DNA from: Candidatus Doudnabacteria bacterium
Lineage (GTDB): Bacteria > Patescibacteriota > JAQUNI01
Direction of reading: 5' to 3'
DNA length: 64,000 nt
Assembly: GCA_041644975.1 (NCBI GenBank)
Contig: JBAZQX010000001.1
Coordinates: 39,274-103,273 of the forward strand
Each line of letters opens with the position of its first letter. Position 1 is the stretch's first letter. A program made the translations under genes and the position numbers. Under the pieces are notes generated by a model. That model was not told where the DNA came from. It made no database searches and was given only the letters and a program-made list of their open reading frames with translations. Positions 18,534 through 28,343 of this stretch are shown here, in pieces.

Positions 18534-19340
18534 AGAAGAATTTTGCCAATATTTGATACGGGTAACTGATTCATAAAAAGTTCCAAACAGCGCATAGACG
18601 AAGCCGTGGATGCCATCTTTATATCCTTGATGCCGAAAATAGCGCGAGATAAAAAAGCGCAAAGGGCGGTAAATGAAAAACCAAGCTAAAGACCAAGGAT
18701 TATGCAAAGTCATTTTAATCTCGCGGCCATAACGGTCTTTTTTTGTTTTTACCATTTCCTTTGCGTCAATTTCCGTGTAGCGGATAAATTTTTCAAAATA
18801 GTGATTAACAGTATCAAAAGAATAATGCAAATAGTGATTTTTTAAAAATCCTGAATCTCGATCTTCACGCTTAACAATTCTTCCCTCTTTGTCCGCCACT
18901 TGTTCGTGAACATCACGCACCCAATGGCTGCCATTATTACGGAATAGTCTTAGGTGTGGGCAGGGATACCAAGCTCCATGGCGCAAAGGGTGTCCTAAAA
19001 AATAGGTTTGAAAAGGAATCCAATAGAAATTTTGGGCAGGGTTTTTCAAGATTGCTAAGATTTCAGTTTTAAGCTTTGGGGTTATCCTTTCATCAGGATC
19101 AATCTGTAAAATCCAGTCGCCCGTTGTGTATTGCAAGCCAAAATTCCTTTGTTTGGCGTAAGAATTGTCCCAGCGGCGCGTATAGATTTTATCTGTATAC
19201 GCTTTGACGATTTTTTGTGTCCCATCATCGCTTTCCGCGTCCACAATTATAATTTCATCCGTCCATTGGACGGATTTTAAGCATTCTTTCAGCTTATCGG
19301 CATTATTATAAGTGATGATGAGAGCGGAAATTTTAGGCAT
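18465..19340 (-). CDS. GT2 glycosyltransferase (KdtX/WaaE beta-1,4-glucosyltransferase-like)
   Basis: IITYNN, VDAESDDGT, QRNFGL, IDPDE, VHEQ and GYKDGIHGF; the last ~22 aa are encoded by a palindromic repeat. Confidence 0.88.
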   Translation of the reverse strand: MPKISALIITYNNADKLKECLKSVQWTDEIIIVDAESDDGTQKIVKAYTDKIYTRRWDNSYAKQRNFGLQYTTGDWILQIDPDERITPKLKTEILAILKNPAQNFYWIPFQTYFLGHPLRHGAWYPCPHLRLFRNNGSHWVRDVHEQVADKEGRIVKREDRDSGFLKNHYLHYSFDTVNHYFEKFIRYTEIDAKEMVKTKKDRYGREIKMTLHNPWSLAWFFIYRPLRFFISRYFRHQGYKDGIHGFVYALFGTFYESVTRIKYWQNSSRLLARSDPKERRGNLIKLNNFG

Positions 19341-19346
19341 AGTTGA

Positions 19347-19425
19347 CTCCTCCCCTGATAAGGGGAGGACGGGAGGGGTTATTCGGAAGAGATAACCCCC
19401 TCTAACTCCCCCTTATCAGGGGGAG
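19347..19425. repeat. CCTCCCC/GGGGAGG palindromic repeat pair overlapping the deacetylase 3' end
   Basis: CTCCTCCCCTGATAAGGGGAGGACGGGAGGGGTT ... AACCCCCTCTAACTCCCCCTTATCAGGGGGAG. Confidence 0.8.
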
Positions 19426-20122
19426 AACTCAATCTTTTTAAAATATACTCCCCTATCACCACTAGGGGCGCAATCCAGAGGTTAAGTTCAGTCAGCTTTT
19501 GTAAGTGTTCCTCAAACGCCTTTGGAGTCACGGTGAAGCGATAATCCGTTTGGCGGCTCGCGACTAAATGATAGGATTCAATCAGCCAGAGATTTTTCCT
19601 AGCCGCTCTCTTTGCCTCTTTATTTAAATCGTTCCAATCCGTTTTTTGATTAGGCACAAAGGATTTGAGGTTGAAAAAGTCAATCGGCGGGATATGATTT
19701 AATTCTTCTTCCACGCCTCTGCCAGCAAAATAATATTTTTTAGCCGTTTCAATTACTCTTTTATCAAAAGCGCCTCCTGGGTAAACAATGGTTTTAGCTT
19801 TCAGAATTTCCTGGGATTCCTTGAGCTCTTTTTCTAGATCCGCATCGGAAGCGTTTTTTAAATTCACGTGGTTAATGCTGTGGCTGGCGATTTCGTGGCC
19901 GAGGGCTTTAATCTTCTTGGCAATTTCCAAGGAAGCCGCGGGTATTTTTTCAGTTTTTTCAATTGCTCGCGGATTAGTCGCGAAAGCAAAAGTGGCTTTG
20001 ATGTTATATTTTTTTAGGATAGGCAGAACATTCACCAATGTCTCTTTATAACCGTCATCAAAAACAAGGGAGCACGCCCCCCGTTTTTGAGAATTTGATT
20101 TTTGAGAAAAGATTTTAAACAT
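19379..20122 (-). CDS. Polysaccharide deacetylase (CE4/NodB-like)
   Basis: FDDG, HEIASHSINH and YPGG motifs; the C-terminus SPPDKGELEGV is repeat-derived. Confidence 0.85.
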   Translation of the reverse strand: MFKIFSQKSNSQKRGACSLVFDDGYKETLVNVLPILKKYNIKATFAFATNPRAIEKTEKIPAASLEIAKKIKALGHEIASHSINHVNLKNASDADLEKELKESQEILKAKTIVYPGGAFDKRVIETAKKYYFAGRGVEEELNHIPPIDFFNLKSFVPNQKTDWNDLNKEAKRAARKNLWLIESYHLVASRQTDYRFTVTPKAFEEHLQKLTELNLWIAPLVVIGEYILKRLSSPPDKGELEGVISSE

Positions 20123-21165
20123 TATACTAGTTTTAATTTACGGAAGAGTTCTTTATTGCGGCTTACCCAATCCGCAAGTTTTTTTACGCCTTGGCTCGTT
20201 GAGATTTGCGGCTCCCAGCCGAATTCTTTTTTCGCCTTGCGGATGTCGGAAACGTACACCGGCTGATCGCCGGGCCGCCAGGGCGCGAAGCTATATTGGA
20301 TGTCTTTATCAAGCATTTTTTTGAGATAGCTAATAAGCTCTAAAAGGGACATCGTATTTTCTGGTCCGCCGCCTATATTGTAGATTTTACCCGCGGTTTT
20401 ATCAATCATCTTGGTCGCCATCACAAAGGCTTGAATCAAATCTTCCACATACAAAACATCGCGAATCTGCTTGCCGTCGCCGTAAATCGTAATGGGACAC
20501 CCCAAGCTTGCCGCGATCGTAAACCAAGCCACCCACCCTTGATCTTCAATGCCGAACTGCCTTTTGCCGTAGATGCAACTTTGGCGGAAGACTACGGCGC
20601 GCAAGCCATAGATGCGGCTGTAATCACGGACATATTGATCAGCTGCTCCCTTGGAGCAGCCATAAGGAGAATGAAAATCCAAAAGGCGATTTTCAGGGAT
20701 CCCTAAAGGCAGATTTTTATATTCATGGCGATCGCCTTTGTCGGCAATTTCAATATCTTCCATACCGCCGTAAACCTTGTTCGTAGAGGCAAAGATGAGG
20801 ATGGGATTATTCTTGGCGTGGCGGACTGCCTCTAGGACGTTAAAAGTCCCCATGGCGTTAATCATAAAGTCCTCATAAGGGTTATTGACCGAACAGGTGA
20901 CCGCCACTTGCGCGGCGAGATGGTAAACTGTGTCCACTTTTTGAATGAGTTCCAAAAGTTTACTCTTGTCTATGCGGATATCCCCGACAACCATCTCCAA
21001 TTTCTTTCCTTTGTGTTTTTTCTCCAGCCACTTTAGATTTTCAATAGTGCCTTTGCGTGAGAGATTATCAAAAATAATTACCTCCGCATTATTTTGCAAG
21101 AGATAGTCCGCGATATTCGCACCAATAAATCCGGCGCCGCCGATGACTAAAAATTTATTTAACAT
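20122..21165 (-). CDS. rfbE: CDP-paratose 2-epimerase (tyvelose epimerase)-like SDR
   Basis: GGAGFIG, DNLSRKG, HLAAQVAVT, STNKVYG, FHSPYGCSKGAADQY and DQGWVAWF match the RfbE/Tyv family. Confidence 0.85.
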   Translation of the reverse strand: MLNKFLVIGGAGFIGANIADYLLQNNAEVIIFDNLSRKGTIENLKWLEKKHKGKKLEMVVGDIRIDKSKLLELIQKVDTVYHLAAQVAVTCSVNNPYEDFMINAMGTFNVLEAVRHAKNNPILIFASTNKVYGGMEDIEIADKGDRHEYKNLPLGIPENRLLDFHSPYGCSKGAADQYVRDYSRIYGLRAVVFRQSCIYGKRQFGIEDQGWVAWFTIAASLGCPITIYGDGKQIRDVLYVEDLIQAFVMATKMIDKTAGKIYNIGGGPENTMSLLELISYLKKMLDKDIQYSFAPWRPGDQPVYVSDIRKAKKEFGWEPQISTSQGVKKLADWVSRNKELFRKLKLV

Positions 21166-21239
21166 TGATTTCCCCCCTCCACTAAATAATTATTTCTTGT
21201 AACTTATAACTTGTTACAGATTTCAAATTGCAGGAATTG

Positions 21240-23117
21240 CTATTTAAAATATTTGGTCAGCTTTTCTAGGGCGATAAAGAAACCCCGCCCTTCGCGTTGA
21301 TGACCCCGCCAAATTTCCGGAATCCAACCGTATTGATAGTCTTTAAATATTTTTTGGATTTTAGTCCAATCTATGTCCCCTTCCCCGATTTGCAATCCTT
21401 CCTCATCGGTGCCGTAGGCGTCAGAGATGTGCAGTTCGCGGACATAGGGTTTAATCCTTTGGAGTGCAGAATAAAAATCCTCCCCGATGAGATTGTAATA
21501 TAATTTTGCATGTGAAAGATCAAGAGTGCAATTAATGCGAGTCCGTTTGCAGAATTCCCGAATTTCATCCAGATCCACGAAGATGTTGTCTACCCATTGG
21601 CCGCCAAAATACCAAGGCCGGGGCGGCAGATTTTCAGGTAATAATTCCACGCCGCGACTATCTATTTTTTTTAGCGAATTTTCAAGGTTTTTCCAAAGCG
21701 TCCTTCGGCTTTTAATAGGGTCAATACTCATTCCGCCGGGATGAAAAACGATTTTGGGCTTAACAGGGACAAAATATTTTTTCATTTCCCTTGCTCGCTC
21801 TACGGTTTTTCGCATTATGGCAATGGCTTCGTCGCGTAATTCTTTTTCCGGGGAGCAAAGATCATTGATGGAGCGGAAATGATATTCGGGAGCGTGGATA
21901 TAAAGCGCGGCAGGATATTTTTGATTGGGTTTAAATTTGTATTCTAAATCTTTATCCGTAAAATGAAATTCTACCATTTTGGGATTCAAGGCCATCATTT
22001 GATCTAAATTGTGAAAACGTACTTTTAGCCCCCAGAAGGATTGAAAGTTTTTACTGAAATTAGATTGTTTCACTTTATGGATGTCGTTTTCTAAAAAGAG
22101 ATCATCTTTTTTGAAGTTTTTTTGCGCTCGTTTGCCAATTAGTGTATCCAGCAGTTGAGGCGACAAACCTTTGCCTGGGCTCTTAACGGCAATCATTTTG
22201 CGATGGATTATTTCCCCTTTTTTTATTTCTTCCGCGGCGACTAGGCTTTTTCCCAGAACCTCGCGGTTTAAGATTTCACCACGGCTCATATATTTTTTCC
22301 CGTCGCCCAAAGCTTGTTCCGTATAGCGGATATCGCGCACGAGGCGCTTAAAATCTTGGGCTTCTAGACTAGCGGCGTGATCTGGACCTTTCATAGAACG
22401 ATCCAGGGTTAAATGGCGTTCAATAATACTGGCCCCTAGTGTTGCGGCAACAATAGACATTGAAATACCCAGCTCATGACCGGAATAACCGACCGGGACA
22501 TTAAATTTTTGACGTAGGGTTTCTATAAAGCGCAGGTTTAATTTATCCCAGGGCGCAGGGTAAGTGGAAGAGCAATGCAGAAGCGCGAATTGGACCTTTT
22601 TCTTTTCCAAGAATCCTACTGTCTTTTCAATTTCATCTAAATAAGCCATTCCCGTTGCCACAATCATCGGTTTTTTGGTTGCCGCCACTTTTTCCAGAAG
22701 CGCAAAATTAGTAAGATCAGGGGACCCGATTTTGTATGCTGGGACCCGTAACTTTTCTAAAAATTCAGCGCTCTTAAGATCAAATGGCGTGCATAAAAAA
22801 GTAATTCCTTTCCGATCACAATATTTCTTTAAGAAAAAGAAATCTTCCTCCGTGAGTTCAAATTCGCGCAGCAAAGGAATCATGTATTGGAAATTTTGCT
22901 CGCCTAGGTTGGGGTTATCAAGTATTTCCTCGGTATAAATATGTTTCAGGTTTCTTTTTTGAAATTTAACCGCATCGGCCCCCGCACTAATCGCGACATC
23001 AACAAGTTGTTTGGCGATTTGCACCGAGCCATTATGATTGACCCCAATTTCGGCGACGATATAGCAAGGGTGTAGAGTGCCGATTTTTTTATTATCTATG
23101 GTAATCTCTTTGATCAT
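21240..23117 (-). CDS. neuB: N-acetylneuraminate synthase family (NeuB/SpsE) plus SAF domain, fused to a C-terminal AP-endonuclease-2/xylose-isomerase-like TIM barrel
   Basis: AEIGVNHNG, DAVKFQ, GYSGHE, IERHLTLDR.M.GPDH and KSPGKG; C-domain has HAPE, HPGG, ENLPP, DLSH, HISD and PEIW. Likely start ATG 23117. Confidence 0.9.
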   Translation of the reverse strand: MIKEITIDNKKIGTLHPCYIVAEIGVNHNGSVQIAKQLVDVAISAGADAVKFQKRNLKHIYTEEILDNPNLGEQNFQYMIPLLREFELTEEDFFFLKKYCDRKGITFLCTPFDLKSAEFLEKLRVPAYKIGSPDLTNFALLEKVAATKKPMIVATGMAYLDEIEKTVGFLEKKKVQFALLHCSSTYPAPWDKLNLRFIETLRQKFNVPVGYSGHELGISMSIVAATLGASIIERHLTLDRSMKGPDHAASLEAQDFKRLVRDIRYTEQALGDGKKYMSRGEILNREVLGKSLVAAEEIKKGEIIHRKMIAVKSPGKGLSPQLLDTLIGKRAQKNFKKDDLFLENDIHKVKQSNFSKNFQSFWGLKVRFHNLDQMMALNPKMVEFHFTDKDLEYKFKPNQKYPAALYIHAPEYHFRSINDLCSPEKELRDEAIAIMRKTVERAREMKKYFVPVKPKIVFHPGGMSIDPIKSRRTLWKNLENSLKKIDSRGVELLPENLPPRPWYFGGQWVDNIFVDLDEIREFCKRTRINCTLDLSHAKLYYNLIGEDFYSALQRIKPYVRELHISDAYGTDEEGLQIGEGDIDWTKIQKIFKDYQYGWIPEIWRGHQREGRGFFIALEKLTKYFK

Positions 23118-23127
23118 AATATACTTC

Positions 23128-23254
23128 AAATCATAAATTCTAAGCACTAAATCCTAAACAATATCTAAATTCAGAATCTAAAATTCAAAACTATTTTGAA
23201 TTTAGAGCTTTAGATTTTGAATTTGTTTAGAATTTAGGATTTAGAATTTAGGGT
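23128..23254. repeat. Inverted heptamer array (AAATYCT / AGRATTT)
   Basis: AAATTCT AAGCACT AAATCCT ... TTTAGAA TTTAGGA TTTAGAA TTTAGGG; contains the neuA stop. Confidence 0.75.
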
Positions 23255-23976
23255 TTCTTTCTTCTTTCCCTCATAATTTGCGTTGTGATTTTGAAATCCA
23301 AGATTGAATCTAAATCTACAGAGTCTTCAAGGCTCATTATCATAGTAACGAGTTTATTCCCGAAAACGCGGTTCTCTTGGAGAATAAATTTCGGTCTGGT
23401 GATATCAATGACCGCGTTTTGCCAATAAATTGGCTCTAATTTTTGCCTCGGCACATCCGGACCATATTTTAAACGAAATGATGTTTTGAGGTATGGTTCT
23501 AAAAATACTCCCTTTTTAATCCGCCACATTTTGTGAGGGTGTTTATCGCTTTGCGCTACGGTTTTTAAGCCATCAGCATTATAATCAATGACTATTTTAA
23601 TTGCTTGGTCTATTTGTTTCGCGGTGCGCAAGGGAGCGGTCGGTCTTAAATTAACAACCAAATCCGGTGCGTAATTTTCCTTATTTTTAAGCCACACTAA
23701 AGCATGGCGGTACCATTCAATGTCTTGGCTTGTGTCGCGGCTAAAACGGCTTGGACGCAGAAAAGGCACTTCGCAGCCATACTTTTTCGCCACAGCCGCG
23801 ATTTCCTTACTATCCGTGGAGCAAATCAAGCGGTCAATATATTTTGACCTTTTTGCTTCTTTGATGGCGTAATAAATAAGCGGTTTGCCGAGAAGGGAGT
23901 GGATATTCTTCTTGGGTACGGATTTAGACCCGCCGCGCGCTGGAATAATAGCTAAGATGTTCTCTTTTTTGTACAT
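23248..23976 (-). CDS. neuA: Acylneuraminate cytidylyltransferase (CMP-nonulosonate synthetase)
   Basis: AIIPARGGSKSVPKKN, STDS, PFLRP, LRPTAPLR, PRQ and SVDLD. Confidence 0.92.
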   Translation of the reverse strand: MYKKENILAIIPARGGSKSVPKKNIHSLLGKPLIYYAIKEAKRSKYIDRLICSTDSKEIAAVAKKYGCEVPFLRPSRFSRDTSQDIEWYRHALVWLKNKENYAPDLVVNLRPTAPLRTAKQIDQAIKIVIDYNADGLKTVAQSDKHPHKMWRIKKGVFLEPYLKTSFRLKYGPDVPRQKLEPIYWQNAVIDITRPKFILQENRVFGNKLVTMIMSLEDSVDLDSILDFKITTQIMRERRKKP

Positions 23977-24167
23977 TAAGGATTTTTTTAGCTTAGATTT
24001 TTACAAAAAATTAAGGTAAGGGATTGACTCAATATTAAAACAATGGTCTAATATAAGTTTTTCTTAAAAAGACCAGTGTAGTTTATTTTAATACATTTTA
24101 GTCATTTTAGCAAGGGTTCTAGATAATAAGGACAGTGTGATTAAAGTGTATTATTGGAGAAAATGTC

Positions 24168-26645
24168 TCACTGGTTTTTCCTCTTCATTTTTCCAATAAG
24201 TAAAACACAAAGAATTAGGATGAGACTTGTAGCACTAATTAAAAGTCCCCCTTTAAACCAATTTTGAGGTTCATATTCCAGAGTAAGTTCATTATTTGTT
24301 AATCCTGCGGGGTCAATATAAAAGCCGTTAATTACGGAATATAAAGGAAAACTTTTAATTTCATTTTGGGGGTGAAGAAATATTTTTCGGAAATATTCTT
24401 TTAATCCATTTTGCTTTAAGTCTGTTTTGGGGGTTATGTGCCACCGCTGGTCATAACTTTCAGCAAAAGCAACTACAAAAGGATGATTGGGTTTATTCTG
24501 AAGATCTATTTTAATTTTAGTAGGGTTAATTTTTTGATATTGCAGATGAGGCAGGGAAGGAGTTTCTTTCTCTTCTATTTTTTCCTGTTTTTCTTCCAAG
24601 AATAAAGCATCAATAATATTGATGTCGCTTTCACGGAAGAGTTTAGAATTACTAATTTCAAACCAGGAGTCCTTTTCAGGGTTTGTTTTTGCTTTAAATT
24701 CTATTTTTATATAGTAGGTATTATCAGGAGTGCCAAAAAAGTGGGAAATCTTTTGTGGTTCTAGGTTGTTCTTTCGGTTTTCCATAAAATATTCCACTTT
24801 AAAGGCAGTACGTTGGGTTTGGAGGTCATAGTCTTTGCCATAGAATAAGACACGGGCATCTAAATTTGCTAAATTTTGACCACATAGTTGATACTCTAGA
24901 TAAAAACCCTGATTTTCTTCTACTTGAATTGCATTGGTAATCAGTCTACCTTCTCTATTTGGATTCAGACCATTTTTGGGAATATCAACCATGATACTTT
25001 GAGGTATAGAGCTTTGTTTAGAGGTATTTGATCCCTTGGGGGATTCCTCATTATTACTAAATTTTAGATTTTCAGGATCCAAAATAAAAAAGTTCTTTGT
25101 GGTTAGAAAATTACGCTCTTCTACATTTGCGAGGAGAGAAATCTGATTGTCTGCGGTAAAATATTCTTCACCAATTTGATACCATTTGATTAAGTCCAAG
25201 AAGTAATGCTCAAGGCTATATTGTTTTTTGCCGAAGGTTAGATTTAAAATCCGTGGATTTTCTTTAGCCAGATTTTCATAAGAGATTATTTCTTCTTTTT
25301 GATTTTGGAGTTTATTGATTTGATCGGGATCATTTTTAAATCTGATGAGAACAGTGTATTCATCCCCTTTGGGCAGCTTTAAATTTAAGGGTTCTGTCAT
25401 TTCTGTGGGGTTAATTTTTTGGAGATAAGTTACCGGGGTTTGGGTGATGATTTCTTGAGCTTGCTTTTTGTAACTTTGATATTTTTCCTCTGGCACTAGT
25501 GCTAAAAGATTAACCGCATTAAAACCCACTAGGTTTTGAATAATCAAAAAATGTTTACCTTTTGCGACTTTGCCTAAAGGTATTGTGTTAGTTGTAAATT
25601 TATTGTTAAGATCTAAAGTTTGAATTATTTTTTCCTTATTGCCTTTTTTGATTTTTAATTTGCCCCCATGATTGTTCTGGAAATAACGTACTGTGAGAAT
25701 ATAATCTGTATCTTCAGAGATATAAAATGGGACTTTAATTTCCATATCTTTATCCTCGGAATAAACTAAGCCTTTCCCATAATCGAAATCCCAGTTTGAA
25801 ACTTTGAGTTGGTCAATTACGCGATGCCATTCACCATGCAGAGGTTCTTCTGTGGAAGCTTTTTGCCATTCCCCTATTTTTTCATTGGTTGAGGGAGCGA
25901 TTTCAACAAGATATTGGTTCTCAATCAAGGAAAATATTAAATCTTCAAAGTTTGCATTGTTAAAAATGATATTTTGGAATGTTTGGTTTTTAAAACTATG
26001 CATCAAACCTGGTTCCTGATTTAGGAAAATTAAGCCATTTTGGACAGGGTCAAAATCAGTTTTGGAATTGAGAAGATCAAGAGTTTCCATCCCTCCGATG
26101 ACAGGGATGACTTTTTTTGGTATCCAGACAAGGGGTGCATAATTTTTATTCTCAAAGACTTCTAAATATTCTTCCTGTTTAATTTTTTTTAATCCCGGAT
26201 CTCGTTGCAGGCTTGCTAATAAGCTTGGGCTGTATTCACCCGGTAAATCCTTGCGCAAGATAAGGTATTTGGTATTTAAGATGTCAAAAAATTTGTTGAT
26301 GTTAGGAAAATAGCCAGTGATGCTTTGGAGGAAGAGAAAGTGTAACTTTGAATAAACTGTCTCTGGTCTGATGTTTGGTTTAGCCGAAGAGAGAGTAATA
26401 AAGTCATTTACCTCATGGTCGCGCGCCCAGTCCAAGATTGCAGCGTTATATTGCGCCGGCAGCCAGATAACCTTAAATTCTTCTTCTTGATGAGCCAGCC
26501 AAGTATTTAATCGGAAGAAATCCAATGGAATTTCTATAGGCACGAGATTATGGAAGAGAATTCTATCAGCGGCGCCAAAGAAGTAAATCCAGAAGAACAA
26601 AAGAAATAAACTAAGAATAAGATATAGAGAATATTTTTTAAACAT
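24168..26645 (-). CDS. Extracytoplasmic beta-rich membrane-anchored protein; C-terminal half of a split AftD/DUF3367-like GT-C protein
   Basis: N- and C-terminal TM. FKVIWLP, KYLILRKD, YQKINPTK, AESYD..W, INGFYI and EYEPQ parallel the C-terminal half of the 32198 protein. Confidence 0.6.
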   Translation of the reverse strand: MFKKYSLYLILSLFLLFFWIYFFGAADRILFHNLVPIEIPLDFFRLNTWLAHQEEEFKVIWLPAQYNAAILDWARDHEVNDFITLSSAKPNIRPETVYSKLHFLFLQSITGYFPNINKFFDILNTKYLILRKDLPGEYSPSLLASLQRDPGLKKIKQEEYLEVFENKNYAPLVWIPKKVIPVIGGMETLDLLNSKTDFDPVQNGLIFLNQEPGLMHSFKNQTFQNIIFNNANFEDLIFSLIENQYLVEIAPSTNEKIGEWQKASTEEPLHGEWHRVIDQLKVSNWDFDYGKGLVYSEDKDMEIKVPFYISEDTDYILTVRYFQNNHGGKLKIKKGNKEKIIQTLDLNNKFTTNTIPLGKVAKGKHFLIIQNLVGFNAVNLLALVPEEKYQSYKKQAQEIITQTPVTYLQKINPTEMTEPLNLKLPKGDEYTVLIRFKNDPDQINKLQNQKEEIISYENLAKENPRILNLTFGKKQYSLEHYFLDLIKWYQIGEEYFTADNQISLLANVEERNFLTTKNFFILDPENLKFSNNEESPKGSNTSKQSSIPQSIMVDIPKNGLNPNREGRLITNAIQVEENQGFYLEYQLCGQNLANLDARVLFYGKDYDLQTQRTAFKVEYFMENRKNNLEPQKISHFFGTPDNTYYIKIEFKAKTNPEKDSWFEISNSKLFRESDINIIDALFLEEKQEKIEEKETPSLPHLQYQKINPTKIKIDLQNKPNHPFVVAFAESYDQRWHITPKTDLKQNGLKEYFRKIFLHPQNEIKSFPLYSVINGFYIDPAGLTNNELTLEYEPQNWFKGGLLISATSLILILCVLLIGKMKRKNQ

Positions 26646-28326
26646 ATGTGTTATTTTTAACTTTTTGCAACTTCTTTTTCATTTTTCTAATCTTGGAATT
26701 TAATTTTTCAATTTTGAGCTTTTTTTTCTGTGCTTTTTTAGATAAAAAAAGATCAATTTTTTGCCTAAATTCATCTTTAAAGGCCACTCTTGAAAATAAA
26801 AAAGCCAATAAAAAACTATAAGAAAAAGCAAGCAAGCCGTTTATTCGGGAGGATTCCCGAAAGAGCCAGCCAAAATTTTTAAAATAGGGAATGTCAAAAA
26901 GAATTTTTTGATATAAAGTGTAATGCCAAATCGGCATCGTAGACAGAATTGTTGCGAAGACCCCCAAGAGAGAGAAAAAGACTGTGTATTTGTTTCGGAA
27001 AGATGGAAAGAGAGGCAGGAAGAGGAGCAAAGGAAGGATAAAAATTAATTTTCGGAAAATAAAATTTATAATCAAACTGTTTGTCTCTTCACCATTTAGA
27101 GAGAGGGTGAAAAATAAAGTTTTCAGGGGTTCTTGGGGTTTTTCAAAATAGTCTGATGTAAGCATATAATCAGGTGCGTTAGGTTTATTTTCCGAGAGGC
27201 TAATTTGCAAGTAGGGATACAGCCAGTACGCTCCTAGAGTTAAAAAAAATAAAACAAAGATTAAAAGGTAACCCAAATTTCGCGCTAACATTTTGAAGAT
27301 CAGCTTGCAATTTTGTTTTAGGAAAGATTTTTGCACCCAGATCGCGCTTTCTATTAAGATGAAAATTCCCAGCATAATAAAGTTATAAACTAAATAATGT
27401 GGAGAGAAGGAGATAAAATTGAAAAGGAGCGCTAAAATCAGTAGTAGTAGTATTTTTTTTTGCCTTTTAAATTTTAAAAAGACAAGTAGAACCAAGGGTG
27501 TGAGAGTATAACCAATGAAATGGTAGAAGTGGAAGATCCGATTCAGGGCGTAAGGGTTAAATAAATAGAAGGCAGTGGCTAGCAGAGAGGCTAAGTTAAT
27601 ATGTTGCTTTTCTCTTATGACGGCTTGAAAAATCGTTTGCATTAAGAAATAACTAGAGAAGGCGCCACAGAGTAAGATTTCTAAGAGAATAAGTTTAATG
27701 GTTAAATCGCTGGGTAGATTTAGAAGCTGGGTAAATATAGTATTAAACAGACTGATGGGAAAAATATTAGGAGCCAAGGGCCGGTTAAAACTGCCATAAT
27801 CGTTCCATAAAAACCAGACATTCCCCAAAACAGTTTGATTATTTATTGGGAAGTTGAGGTCTCCTGCTTCAATGTATCCTTTTGTAACTAGGACTTTATG
27901 AAAAGGGATCAAGATTAGAAAAATGAGGATGAAAATAGTTATACTGCGTTTATCATCTATTTTTTTAAAGATATTTATAGGCAGACGTTTTTTTTTGCTT
28001 AAGAATATCTTTAATTGAGTAAATATAGTGACGAATAAAAAGAGTAAAGCATAGGCGGCAGCTATATTTGCTAAGTATTCATCTTTTAAGATTGAAAAGA
28101 TTGCTGTGAACACGAGAAGTATCAGTCCGCAGATCAGAGGAATTTTATCCGAAATATTTAGAATTAAGAAGGTTAGAAGGGTACCCCAAAAAAGAAAAGC
28201 ATATAAAGAAGCATTTAAAAGAAAGAGAACAAGAAAGGTTAAAAAAAGCCAGGCTAAATAATAAATTTGAGGCTGGTTTTTTTTGAAGTTGACAATTCCA
28301 TTTTTCAATCTTGAAATAACACCCAT
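26638..28326 (-). CDS. Polytopic membrane protein; N-terminal GT-C half of an AftD/DUF3367-like protein
   Basis: GDLNFP, W.D.G, FYLFNPY and FRESSR parallel GDFAF, WNP, LYMFNVF and FRNPLDK of the 32198 protein; Lys-rich tail. Confidence 0.6.
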   Translation of the reverse strand: MGVISRLKNGIVNFKKNQPQIYYLAWLFLTFLVLFLLNASLYAFLFWGTLLTFLILNISDKIPLICGLILLVFTAIFSILKDEYLANIAAAYALLFLFVTIFTQLKIFLSKKKRLPINIFKKIDDKRSITIFILIFLILIPFHKVLVTKGYIEAGDLNFPINNQTVLGNVWFLWNDYGSFNRPLAPNIFPISLFNTIFTQLLNLPSDLTIKLILLEILLCGAFSSYFLMQTIFQAVIREKQHINLASLLATAFYLFNPYALNRIFHFYHFIGYTLTPLVLLVFLKFKRQKKILLLLILALLFNFISFSPHYLVYNFIMLGIFILIESAIWVQKSFLKQNCKLIFKMLARNLGYLLIFVLFFLTLGAYWLYPYLQISLSENKPNAPDYMLTSDYFEKPQEPLKTLFFTLSLNGEETNSLIINFIFRKLIFILPLLLFLPLFPSFRNKYTVFFSLLGVFATILSTMPIWHYTLYQKILFDIPYFKNFGWLFRESSRINGLLAFSYSFLLAFLFSRVAFKDEFRQKIDLFLSKKAQKKKLKIEKLNSKIRKMKKKLQKVKNNTYV

Positions 28327-28343
28327 ACTTTTTAAAGGGATGC

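Noticed and set aside
18388-18576. 62-aa plus-strand ORF
   Set aside because: It coincides with the RPE-like repeat and is antisense to the GT2 3' end.
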